From the NCBI GenBank assembly GCA_050010515.1, contig JBEKKX010000045.1, forward strand, positions 1 to 18,024: 18,024 nt of DNA. Direction: 5' to 3'. Below are positions 7,556 through 15,839 of the stretch, one piece after another. Each line of letters starts with the position of its first letter. Position 1 is the stretch's first letter. The position numbers and the translations under genes are program-made. The notes beneath the pieces were generated by a model. That model saw only the letters and a program-made list of their open reading frames with translations. It searched no databases and was not told where the DNA came from. The stretch comes from Candidatus Bathyarchaeia archaeon (GTDB lineage: Archaea; Thermoproteota; Bathyarchaeia; Bathyarchaeales; Bathycorpusculaceae).

Positions 7556-7632
7556 TGGCACCACCGAAAGGAAACGAACCTTTGACCGACTGGTTAACAG
7601 CCAGCCGCTCTACCGGGCTGAGCCACGCCGGC
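7556..7632 (-). tRNA. tRNA-Asn (GTT), full length but with an atypical T-loop and acceptor stem; possibly impaired
   Basis: Cloverleaf GCCGGCG TG GCTC AGCCCGGTA GAGC G GCTGG CTGTTAA CCAGT CGGTC AAAGG TTCGTTT CCTTT CGGTGGT G CCA. Anticodon at 7596-7598, G73 discriminator. A58 is replaced by T; acceptor stem has G1:U72, G4:U69 and G5:G68. Confidence 0.85.
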
Positions 7633-7662
7633 TGCCCTGTAAGCATGGGCTATTGGGTTGCG

Positions 7663-7670
7663 TTTTTAAA
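7663..7670 (-). promoter_or_regulatory. Archaeal TATA box of the tRNA-Asn gene
   Basis: TTTAAAAA on the minus strand, ~31-38 bp upstream of the tRNA 5' end (7632). Confidence 0.55.
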
Positions 7671-7708
7671 TGTGGATTTGTAATTCAGATTTTGAAGTCG
7701 TAATTATA

Positions 7709-7747
7709 TTATATATAAAGGGTCAGAATTGGGTAGCAGTACCCCAA
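7709..7747 (+). promoter_or_regulatory. TATA box and downstream imperfect palindrome upstream of the TrmB-family gene
   Basis: TTATATATAAAG at 7709-7720; TTGGGTA-GCAG-TACCCCAA at 7729-7747; AGGTGA RBS just before the ATG at 7776. Confidence 0.45.
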
Positions 7748-7775
7748 ATATTGAGAAACAAGGTGAACCCCCACA

Positions 7776-8660
7776 ATGGCACTTACAATGGAAAAACAAG
7801 AATTAGTGAAAGTGTATGATAAGCAAAATGAATCTTGGAAACTGGTAAAGAAAGATCAGTCTTACAATGAGCAAATATCAACCATTGAAGAGACACTTTC
7901 AAGGTTTGGACTGCTTAAAAACGAGATTAAAGTTTACTTGCATCTTGCCAGAGCAGGTGAAATGAAAGCTGGAGAAATAGCGGAAGCAATTTCGCTTCAT
8001 CGAACTGAAACTTACCGAATCTTGCGGGATTTAGAAAAGAGAGGCGTAGTTTTTTCTATTTTCGAGAAACCTCTAAAATTCACAGCTGTGCCATTGGATA
8101 AAGCTATTGATTTGCTTGTAGATGCACAAAAAATTAAAATTAAGCTTTTAGAACAAGAAAAAACAAGTCTTGTAGAACTTTGGCAATCCATACCTCAGCC
8201 GAAAGTTACAAACGCGAAAAAAGAGCTTTTCCAAATGCTCGAGGGTGAACAGCAAGTACTCATGAAAGCTAATGAATTACTTGAAAGAACCGAAAAAGAG
8301 TTTCAAATCTTCGCTTCAGCCGACTACCTCGCCCAACTGTACTATAGCGATTTCTCTGACAAACTAAAAAATCAAGCTGACAAAGTAAATGTTACTTTGG
8401 TTACTGATAACTCGTTGAAGAGCGCTTATTTCCTCGGACAACTGCAATGGCTTAGCGAATCGCACAGAATCATTGATGAACAAAGTTTACCATGCTTTAT
8501 GATCTCCGACAACAAAGAGGTACTAATCACATTCCATGAAAAAGACACAGCGAACGATGAAGACGCAAAGAAGAAGGATAAAACAACAGCCATTTGGACA
8601 AACTACAATGCATTCATTAAGGTTCTGCGAATGCTATTCTCTAAGCTGACTGAAGCATAA
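7776..8660 (+). CDS. TrmB-family transcriptional regulator
   Basis: TrmB HTH pattern LSRFGLLKNEIKVYLHL...AGEIAEAISLHRTETYRILRDLEKRGVV...KPLKFTAVP, then a coiled-coil linker and a C-terminal effector-like domain (FMISDNKEVLI, AIWTN). Confidence 0.9.
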   Translation: MALTMEKQELVKVYDKQNESWKLVKKDQSYNEQISTIEETLSRFGLLKNEIKVYLHLARAGEMKAGEIAEAISLHRTETYRILRDLEKRGVVFSIFEKPLKFTAVPLDKAIDLLVDAQKIKIKLLEQEKTSLVELWQSIPQPKVTNAKKELFQMLEGEQQVLMKANELLERTEKEFQIFASADYLAQLYYSDFSDKLKNQADKVNVTLVTDNSLKSAYFLGQLQWLSESHRIIDEQSLPCFMISDNKEVLITFHEKDTANDEDAKKKDKTTAIWTNYNAFIKVLRMLFSKLTEA

Positions 8661-8942
8661 AGGGTAATTAGCACACTATCGCGTTTTTGAGCTTTTTTAC
8701 TATAGTTTTCAGTTGGAATAGATAGGCTTTTTGTAGGTTATTTAAGCGGCAAAAAGATAGTTACCCGTCTGTCCTATGCAGTACATAGAAATTTTTCAGC
8801 GGTTGCCAATGGTAGGGTAGGTCCATTTTAGTTCACAAATTTTCTTATCAAAAATGAGCCACGAGTAGGCAGGCGCACTATTGATATTGAAATCACTGTA
8901 AAAGTGCGTGTAAGCTGCATTTTGCGTGGGTGTTTGGGTAGC

Positions 8943-8966
8943 AAAATGAGGGGGGAAGAGAGGGGT
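8943..8966 (-). terminator. Putative pyrimidine-rich terminator of the pilus/beta-propeller transcript
   Basis: Minus strand reads ACCCCTCTCTTCCCCCCTCATTTT, ~50 bp after the stop at 9018. Same style as the tract after the major pilin gene. Confidence 0.4.
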
Positions 8967-9017
8967 CTGTTTAGCTGCCTGTTTTGTAAATACAAGTAGT
9001 GATAGTTTTGAAAACCG

Positions 9018-10415
9018 CTAGGGCTTATTCTTACTTTGACTCTTCGAAGTTTGATTAGTATTCGGTTTATGACGAAGTTTTAACACCACAAGCAAAACTG
9101 CCAGTAAAATCGCAAACGCAGTACCGACGTAGGAGATAAACTGTAAACTTGAAAACCAATTGATATCTTGGGGATAGATGAGGTTTACAATATAGAACAT
9201 ATATCGAGCCTTGCCGATTAAGGAATGTTGCCCAGGGGGGTCTGTCCACCCAACCATAACATATTGGTTTTTTCCGGTTTGGATGACGCTGTAAGCTTCT
9301 TGGTAACCCGCGTCACCTTTGGGAATAGTACAGCTCCAAGTAACTTGTCCTGAATCGTCGATTTTGAAGAGCCAAAAATCACGGTTTACTGCGCCGAAAG
9401 AGAAGGTGAAGCCGCCAACTAAGTAACCGCCATCCTCAGAGGGAGTGATAAAATATGGCGAATCGGCGTTTTTGCCGCCTACTGTTTTAGCCCATAACAT
9501 TGTACCGTTCCAATCAACCTTTACTACCCATGCGTGGATGTTGCTATTTGGCGATTGGGTGTCTCCGACTATTACGTAGCCGTCAGAGGCTTTTGTCATT
9601 GCAGAGGCTTCTTGGCTTCCTGTTCCACCATAGGTTTCATTCCATATCATGTTCCCATTCGGGTCAATTTGCATAAGTAGAAAATCATAGTTGTTGTCTC
9701 CTCGAGAGTTCGTGTAACCTGCCACCATGTAATTGCCATCTGGGGCTAAGGCGCTGGCTGTTGCGGCAGTGTATGTTGCATTTCCGTAGGTTTTGTTCCA
9801 AACAACATTGCCATTTGCGTCAAGTTTGACTACCCAAGCGTTGGATTCTTCGTTTGCATTGGAGTAGGTTAACCCGAAAAGTACAAAGCCGTCTGGAGTG
9901 GCAATTGCTGAAAAGAGCTTATTGAGATCTTCTCCGCCTATGGTTTTCTGCCATATTAATGCTCCTTGACTGTTTATTTTTGCAACATAACCGTTTTCAC
10001 CTCCTGATGGCAAGAATTCGTTGCCTACAAGCAAGAAACCATCAGTCAAATTAAGAGCAACTCTAAGTTCCGTGCCGGATCCTTCAAGGAACGTTTGGTT
10101 CCAAATAACGTTTCCATCCTGGTCAAGCCTTAAAGCCCAACCAACAGTTACGCCTGTCTTATTCGATTCAGATGAACCAACAACCAAATATCCGTCACCA
10201 ACGGGTAGCGCGGAATATGCGCGGTCGTCATCTCCCACAACCCCATAGGTTTTTTCCCAAATCACATTTGCAGGCAAAACGCTGACTGACGTACCATTAA
10301 TCTTTGGAGAAGAATTCTCAATAACGATTATGCTTGCAGTCAATATAATTGAAACGGTTAATAGTAGAATCAAAATTTTAAATACTCTACCATGACTCAT
10401 GTGCTGCTGCCTCAC
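9018..10415 (-). CDS. Extracellular beta-propeller-repeat protein with N-terminal signal/TM segment and C-terminal membrane anchor (start may be ATG at 10400)
   Basis: About seven ~50-aa repeats (WEKTYG, WNQTFL, WQKTIGG, WNKTYG, WNETYGG, WAKTVGG, WSCTIP, with D/N-x-x-G-x-x-x-W turns). Hydrophobic N-terminus; C-terminal TM segment (AFAILLAVLLVVL) followed by a basic tail. Confidence 0.8.
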   Translation of the reverse strand: MRQQHMSHGRVFKILILLLTVSIILTASIIVIENSSPKINGTSVSVLPANVIWEKTYGVVGDDDRAYSALPVGDGYLVVGSSESNKTGVTVGWALRLDQDGNVIWNQTFLEGSGTELRVALNLTDGFLLVGNEFLPSGGENGYVAKINSQGALIWQKTIGGEDLNKLFSAIATPDGFVLFGLTYSNANEESNAWVVKLDANGNVVWNKTYGNATYTAATASALAPDGNYMVAGYTNSRGDNNYDFLLMQIDPNGNMIWNETYGGTGSQEASAMTKASDGYVIVGDTQSPNSNIHAWVVKVDWNGTMLWAKTVGGKNADSPYFITPSEDGGYLVGGFTFSFGAVNRDFWLFKIDDSGQVTWSCTIPKGDAGYQEAYSVIQTGKNQYVMVGWTDPPGQHSLIGKARYMFYIVNLIYPQDINWFSSLQFISYVGTAFAILLAVLLVVLKLRHKPNTNQTSKSQSKNKP

Positions 10416-10473
10416 CTTTTGTTAAGCAATAGACATAGTTTTTCAGTTTTTAGATTTAACATTTTTTGTTACC

Positions 10474-11247
10474 CTATGTTGTGCATGTTACGTTCGCTCC
10501 AACAACTATACCACGTTGATCTTGGCAAAGCATAAAGACGGGAAGAGGGTCGTTTGACGGATCTGTTTCAGTCGTGAACGACACTGAGTATGTTCCATTT
10601 CCAAAATCAGTTATGCTTGGCGAATCCACTTTTACCCAATTTTCAGTTAACAACGACCCGCTATACTCCTCAAAGTAAAAAGTGAAGTTTTGCGCTAAAG
10701 CGGGTTTGCCCTCGTTGAGTACGTTGACTGTTAAGTTTACTTGCGTTGGGTTGCTGTTAAGTTGCAAATAGCCGCTCAAAGCGGCCGCTGTAGTTACGTT
10801 TACAGCATATTCCAAATTGGAAGATGCTGAAGGTGCTGAAGAGTCAAAGACAAAACTGACATAAGCACTTGAGATGCCGTGACTAGCATTCCAAGAGATC
10901 CAAATGCCGTTTAGGTAGGTATTGGCTGCGTTTAGCAGAGTATAATTCATTTGGAGTATGGCTTGGTATGAGTCGGAAGTGATTGCCGTATTCAATTCGT
11001 TTAGGTCATCGATTAAAACGCTTGTTTTACTACCGTTGGTTATGTCTGCTAGTGCACTAATCAGAGTGTTTCTTATGCTTTGCTGGTATGCCGGGAAAAC
11101 GTTGTTTTCTCCGGTGTCAGCCGTCGGCACTTCTTTTTCGGTTTCAAAGACATAGATGGCGGTGGATAGTAAAAGTGACGCTACCAGTAAAGCTGTGATT
11201 ATAATCACTTGACCTGAGCTGTTATGTTTTAGGTTGCGTTTTTTCAC
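10474..11247 (-). CDS. Minor pilin-like protein with class III signal peptide
   Basis: Basic leader MKKRNLKHNSSG|QVIIITALLVASLLLSTAIYV; eight N-X-S/T sequons; in the ATPase/TadC operon; 4-nt overlap with the upstream gene. Confidence 0.75.
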   Translation of the reverse strand: MKKRNLKHNSSGQVIIITALLVASLLLSTAIYVFETEKEVPTADTGENNVFPAYQQSIRNTLISALADITNGSKTSVLIDDLNELNTAITSDSYQAILQMNYTLLNAANTYLNGIWISWNASHGISSAYVSFVFDSSAPSASSNLEYAVNVTTAAALSGYLQLNSNPTQVNLTVNVLNEGKPALAQNFTFYFEEYSGSLLTENWVKVDSPSITDFGNGTYSVSFTTETDPSNDPLPVFMLCQDQRGIVVGANVTCTT

Positions 11248-11672
11248 GTTAATCCTACCTCTGACAGTTGCAGCCTAAGGATGAAGATTGAATATGTGCT
11301 GTTTTGGCTTGCGCAAACGTAGTCTACTGAAACGATTTTATCACTCACAGCGCCTGCGTTGCAAATTGGAAAAGGGTTTATGCATTTCATGTCTTGGTCG
11401 AAAACTGTTAAGTTAAACCATACTGTAAGCGGAAGAGCAGATTCCAAGCAATCTTTAAGTGCTGTCCAATTTTTATTATCAATTAAGGTTGCCAAGTGCC
11501 CGTTGCTGTCTAAACTTAACAGAACGTTTTGAGCTGTTGAAATAAGATTTCCTGTTGAATCCGTCACGCTTGACGATGATGGAATAAGAGCTAGGCATGA
11601 CATCAAAAGGATTGTAGCAAAAATCGCTTCTATTATGCGCACTTGCCCTCTCTTGTCTCTTAGCAGTCTCAG
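11244..11672 (-). CDS. Minor pilin-like protein with class III signal peptide; probable CTG start at 11672 (ORF track starts at 11642)
   Basis: In-frame extension gives (M)RLLRDKRG|QVRIIEAIFATILLMSCLALIP. The CTG overlaps the upstream TGA (CTGA), with SD-like GGAGATGTGA 4 nt before it. Confidence 0.72.
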   Translation of the reverse strand: MRLLRDKRGQVRIIEAIFATILLMSCLALIPSSSSVTDSTGNLISTAQNVLLSLDSNGHLATLIDNKNWTALKDCLESALPLTVWFNLTVFDQDMKCINPFPICNAGAVSDKIVSVDYVCASQNSTYSIFILRLQLSEVGLT

Positions 11673-12715
11673 GAAATCACATCTCCAAAACTTACATCAA
11701 CCGTATAGAGCACACCGTTTATTGTCACGATGTAGCTGAAGACGTTTTGCTCTGAATCCTCAAAGCTTGAACCTGCTTTCAATGGAACTTGAGGGTAAGA
11801 GGCCCATTCTTGAAAATAAGTGCCGTTATTGAGAAAACCGCAGAGAACTATGACGAAGGGGCTTTGGTCAATTATCCTTGGAATTGGGCATTGAGTTGTG
11901 CTTTGCACTAAAGTGAGATTCTGCCGATATGTGTAGGAGAAGATGTAGCCGTTTTGGATCGTTACGTCACTTGAATTTGTGTAGCTTAGCGTGTAATTAA
12001 GCGGGGTTAAAGTTAAAATGTCGTCGTTTGGGGCTGATTCCTGGGTTGAATTTAGGAAGTTGTAGATGGCGTATGAGGTTATTCTGTCGTCGAAAGATGC
12101 TCTTGCGAACACAATAAGCATGGCGTTGCCGGTCTCTGCGCTTGGGATTTGAACGGTAACGGAGCCAACCCCAACGCCTGAAGTGCTATCGGTTACGTTG
12201 ATCAGATAGTTGTTTGCTACAACATAGCAGTTTAGGCTTGCACTTGTGGGTTCGGAATCAATGCTTGTTAAAATTGCGAAGGTAAAAGATACATTGTTGT
12301 CTATTGGTGTATGGCTTGTTTGTTCAATGTTTATGGACATAACTTGAGAAACCGTTATGCCTAAAGCTATATTGTTTAGTTTAGCGGCGTTTTCCATGTC
12401 AGCGTAGGATAATGAGTAGTTGTTTAGGTTGCTTAACCGAGTGATTTTATCTATGTCTAGTTCATAGGGGATTGTGGAGGAGCCGGCTGCTAACCCGAAG
12501 TCGGCAGGAACACTGCTACTGGTTCCCCAGTTGACGGGGGCTCCAGGGTTTGTTATGATGTGATCGGCTATGGCTTGCAGGTAACTATCCTTGTTGATGT
12601 CTCGTGTGCTGTTTATGCTGGTTTGCATTGTTGAGCATAGAAAAGCGGTTGCTATCAAAGCTACGGTTACAATGATTGTGCATGCGAAGAAGGTGTCAAT
12701 GGAGGTTGATGGCAA
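11669..12715 (-). CDS. Pilus-associated, N-terminally anchored extracellular protein (minor pilin/adhesin-like)
   Basis: MPSTSIDTFFACTIIVTVALIATAF hydrophobic N-terminus; PG-x-P-x-NW...FGLA motif; S/T/N-rich body with many sequons; lies between the TadC-like gene and pilin-like genes. Confidence 0.65.
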   Translation of the reverse strand: MPSTSIDTFFACTIIVTVALIATAFLCSTMQTSINSTRDINKDSYLQAIADHIITNPGAPVNWGTSSSVPADFGLAAGSSTIPYELDIDKITRLSNLNNYSLSYADMENAAKLNNIALGITVSQVMSINIEQTSHTPIDNNVSFTFAILTSIDSEPTSASLNCYVVANNYLINVTDSTSGVGVGSVTVQIPSAETGNAMLIVFARASFDDRITSYAIYNFLNSTQESAPNDDILTLTPLNYTLSYTNSSDVTIQNGYIFSYTYRQNLTLVQSTTQCPIPRIIDQSPFVIVLCGFLNNGTYFQEWASYPQVPLKAGSSFEDSEQNVFSYIVTINGVLYTVDVSFGDVIS

Positions 12716-12731
12716 CGCATTGTTTCTCCTT

Positions 12732-14249
12732 TTAAGTGCCGGTTAGTCCTCCAAAAAGGCGTGAAAGAACAATTTGAGAGACAACTAAAGACACGTATGC
12801 GGTTGTTGCCAGCAATGCTGCGTGTTTAAATCCAGCGCCCAGGTTGCCTTCGCTGATTTTTCCGATGAAGAACCCTGAGATCCAGCATTGAATGATAATG
12901 CCCACAGAGAACATGTTAAGCTGGCTTGACATGGGTATTGCAGCGACTGATGCGAGTTTTGTGTTGTTTACAGTTGTCATCATGCTGGTGGTTAAGCTGG
13001 TGGTTAAGGCGACTATGGTGGTTGTGACAGCGATTAATCCGCTCCACATGAAAGCAAGAAGTATGTAAGGCTTCAAAAGTTCACGTCGATTGACTTGTAA
13101 TTCGTGTTCTTTTTCACTGTATTCTGAAAGTATCTCTAGTGATTGGGTTGAGTTGCCGCCGATTTCAATGGTTTCCACCAGCATGGCAAAGTTAACTGTG
13201 ACAAACCAACTTCGAATTTCCTTACGTATGTTTTCAAAAGTTTTTCTTAAAGGTATGCCCCATTCGATTTGGCTACGCATTAAATCTAAAAATTTGGAGA
13301 AGGGTCCGTAATCTTTGCGTTTTGTAGCTTGAATTATGCTTTTTTCTGGTGAAAGCCCGGTTTTTTGTGATTCGGTTACGTCTCTTATGAAGCTGGGAAG
13401 TGATTCTTCTGCGTTGTAGTTGATTCTTGTGATCTTCCAATATTGGAATGCAATCGGCAGTGAAGCAGCAACTAAGCCTATGGTGGTGATTGCAGGTAAC
13501 CCCACGGGGCTTACTGCTTGTAATAGTTGAGGAACAATTGCGATGAGAGCTATTATGGCGAATACAGGCGGTATGAAGAATAAGGCTTTTTTGTAGAGGT
13601 CTTTCAGATCGGGGAAAGCGCTTCGTTGCAGGTTATGCGCCATCAAAATGAAGATGCACGATCCCACAGGCATAATGATAAACGCTATCAAGTAAGACAG
13701 CATAGGCGAAGAGGAGACTGAAGAGCTTACTAGTATCGACATAACGTTTGATGATGATAAAACAACAAAAAGAATATACGAGCATAACACAACAATCAGC
13801 ATGACCGAGTAGGCTTCAACTAAAGTGGCGATTTTCTCAATTGATCGGTTCAGATTAATGTATCGCAGTTCAAAGATTGCTTTCAACTGGCTTTTCATGT
13901 AATCAACTATTTTTCCGCCGCTTCTAATTGAAGAAACAAAGCCGCCCAGAAAATTTCTATATAGCTTGGAAGCTGTGGTTTCTGCGCGCATCTGCATGAC
14001 ACTTAAAGGGTCTTTGCCCAAAACTTCAACTTGGCGCACGACTTCGTCCGCTTCTTTTTTAAATGCTGGAAGGAAGACAAGCTTTCGCATTCTTTTCCAG
14101 CTGTCGTAGGGGGATATTCCGCTTGCAGCCATAAGCGTGAAAATCATTACTGCGAATGGCAGTTCCTGCTCGGTTTTCTCTTTTTCTTCACTAGTAGCCT
14201 TAGATATTGAACCGAATATTTTGCCGATAAAACCGCCAGAAGCAGTCAT
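12732..14249 (-). CDS. Type IV pilus membrane platform protein (TadC/FlaJ/T2SS-F family, two fused domains)
   Basis: Two T2SSF-like units (ELPFAV..MAASG...GKDPLS and SLPSFIRDVTESQKTGLS...IEWGIPL), several TM helices, and C-terminal SGFFIGKISEG...GFKH. Confidence 0.9.
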   Translation of the reverse strand: MTASGGFIGKIFGSISKATSEEKEKTEQELPFAVMIFTLMAASGISPYDSWKRMRKLVFLPAFKKEADEVVRQVEVLGKDPLSVMQMRAETTASKLYRNFLGGFVSSIRSGGKIVDYMKSQLKAIFELRYINLNRSIEKIATLVEAYSVMLIVVLCSYILFVVLSSSNVMSILVSSSVSSSPMLSYLIAFIIMPVGSCIFILMAHNLQRSAFPDLKDLYKKALFFIPPVFAIIALIAIVPQLLQAVSPVGLPAITTIGLVAASLPIAFQYWKITRINYNAEESLPSFIRDVTESQKTGLSPEKSIIQATKRKDYGPFSKFLDLMRSQIEWGIPLRKTFENIRKEIRSWFVTVNFAMLVETIEIGGNSTQSLEILSEYSEKEHELQVNRRELLKPYILLAFMWSGLIAVTTTIVALTTSLTTSMMTTVNNTKLASVAAIPMSSQLNMFSVGIIIQCWISGFFIGKISEGNLGAGFKHAALLATTAYVSLVVSQIVLSRLFGGLTGT

Positions 14250-14252
14250 TTG

Positions 14253-15839
14253 TTATTGCACCTTTGACTGTTCTTTAGCGGCTAAATCCGAGAGGATAAG
14301 TGAACTGTTTAATGCTTTGTGGACGCTTCTGAAGTCGCGAAGGTTTTTCTCGACCATTTTTAGCATAATTTGTTTTCTTCGTTCAAACTCTTGTTGAACA
14401 ACGCTTAAGGGAGCATCGAGGTTTTTGGCTATTTTGGATAGTAAGTAGCTTTTGTCTAGGTCTTGTTGGAAAGTGTCTGAGGACATGTTCCAATTAAACA
14501 CTTCATGTGGGACACCGTTGTTATCGATTTCAGCGACGCTTACAAATTTTCTGGAAGACATTTTTCGTTCTATTGGGTTGAGACTTAAAGTTTTGACTTG
14601 CTTGACAACTATTACGCAGTTCATCAGTGACAATATGTTTTGTGGGATGTTCATGGGTGGCTGTGTTAGCCGTTTAATGACTGTGTCTACGTCGTCAGCG
14701 TGCATTGTGCATAATCCGCCGTGTCCTGTTGCTAGCGCTTGGAAGAGAACGTATGCTTCTTCGCCTCTGATTTCGCCTACAAGGATTAATGCTGGTCTGT
14801 GCCTAACGGCTGATTTTATTAAGTCGTAGAGTGTGACTTCGCCTTCACTGTCTCCTCCGAATCCTGTTCGTGCAACGGTTGACACCCAGTTTTCCTGTGG
14901 CAAGTTAATTTCTTGAACTTCTTCAACTGAAATCATTTTAAGTTCTGGTCGCACCAGACATGCAATAGCATTTAGGGCGGTTGTTTTTCCTGCACCTGTT
15001 GGGCCTACAATCATGACTGACATTTTGTTTTCCATTAGCATCCAAAGGTACGCTGCGATTGACTCGTCAATTGTTTCGTTGATTATTAAGTCTACGATGG
15101 TTAATGGGTCTTCTTTGAACTTTCTTATAGTGAAGCTTGTTCCGGCTGGGGTTGTTTCTTTTCCGAAGGATATTGCAAGTCTGTGCTTTCCTGGAAGGGT
15201 TAAGTCTACTATTGGGTGAGCTAGGCTTACGTGTTTGCCTTGTCTGTGTACTATTCGTGTCATGAAATCGTCTAATTCTTCCTCATCAGTAAAAATAATG
15301 TTGGTTCGCGCGTTAGCGTATTTTCTATGATAAATGAAAACGGACTTGTTTAGGCCTAAACAGCTTATATCTTCTATTAACGGATCGTTTATGAGCCCTT
15401 CGATTTTTCCGTAACCTATCAAGTCTTTTTCAATGTAGTAAGTGATTTTTTTTAGACCCACTTGGTCGATTCCTTCAAGAGCTTTTAGGTGCTCTTCTAT
15501 TATGGCTGGAAGCTGTCTATGGAACGATGCAACAAGCGTTTCATCTATCCTTGGGGCTTTAAGCTCATATTCAAGAATGTTCTTTAGGCGCTTGTAGGAT
15601 TCTCTTTCTTCTCTTGACATGGGAAGTTCATCAACAACGTAGAAGAAGCTTCCTTCAGAGTCGTCTTGGAATATCCAAGCATAAGAAAACGGGGGATTAA
15701 GGGGGTAACTTTCGACTTGCGTGTAACCTTCAGGCACCTGATAGCCCTGAATGCCTAAGTAGGCTATCATTTCCTCGTCTGAGGTTTTTTCTTTTTCTTG
15801 GATTTCTTGTTTCTTTTTGCCGAAGTTCAATTTAATCAC
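14253..15839 (-). CDS. Type IV pilus assembly ATPase (archaeal PilB/FlaI/TadA, VirB11-like)
   Basis: Walker A GPTGAGKTT, Asp box SVEEVQE, Walker B ILVGEIRG, His box TGHGGLCTMHA, FTIRKF, GYGKIEGLINDPLIEDISC. Confidence 0.95.
   Translation of the reverse strand: MIKLNFGKKKQEIQEKEKTSDEEMIAYLGIQGYQVPEGYTQVESYPLNPPFSYAWIFQDDSEGSFFYVVDELPMSREERESYKRLKNILEYELKAPRIDETLVASFHRQLPAIIEEHLKALEGIDQVGLKKITYYIEKDLIGYGKIEGLINDPLIEDISCLGLNKSVFIYHRKYANARTNIIFTDEEELDDFMTRIVHRQGKHVSLAHPIVDLTLPGKHRLAISFGKETTPAGTSFTIRKFKEDPLTIVDLIINETIDESIAAYLWMLMENKMSVMIVGPTGAGKTTALNAIACLVRPELKMISVEEVQEINLPQENWVSTVARTGFGGDSEGEVTLYDLIKSAVRHRPALILVGEIRGEEAYVLFQALATGHGGLCTMHADDVDTVIKRLTQPPMNIPQNILSLMNCVIVVKQVKTLSLNPIERKMSSRKFVSVAEIDNNGVPHEVFNWNMSSDTFQQDLDKSYLLSKIAKNLDAPLSVVQQEFERRKQIMLKMVEKNLRDFRSVHKALNSSLILSDLAAKEQSKVQ

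Larger units (their letters stand above)
6074..7609. mobile_element. tRNA-Asn-integrated genomic islet (repeat period 1484 bp) carrying MNT-HEPN, no integrase
   Basis: Flanked by 52-bp direct repeats made of the tRNA 3' portion. Contains only two coupled ORFs plus ~100 bp of non-coding DNA on each side. Confidence 0.8.

Noticed and set aside
6074-7632. Split, trans-spliced or intron-containing tRNA-Asn
   Set aside because: The two pieces overlap by 52 nt instead of being complementary halves, and I see no bulge-helix-bulge motif or complementary leader/trailer. Integration-type duplication explains the pattern better.
7518-7703. 61-aa plus-strand ORF
   Set aside because: It is the antisense reading of the tRNA-Asn gene and its promoter.
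8796-8921. ~41-codon minus-strand ORF (MQLTRTFTVIS...) between trmB and the propeller gene
   Set aside because: Short, no RBS or motif, and downstream of a putative terminator.
8934-8943. TTGGGTAGCA, also present at 7729-7738
   Set aside because: A single 10-mer match without the second palindrome arm; plausible by chance in 18 kb.
12716-12745. In-frame KRRNNA upstream of the 348-aa gene, resembling a class III leader
   Set aside because: There is no start codon between it and the in-frame TAA at 12745-12743; the basic residues come from the AAGGAG RBS. An out-of-frame ATG at 12720 would need an indel for which I have no support.
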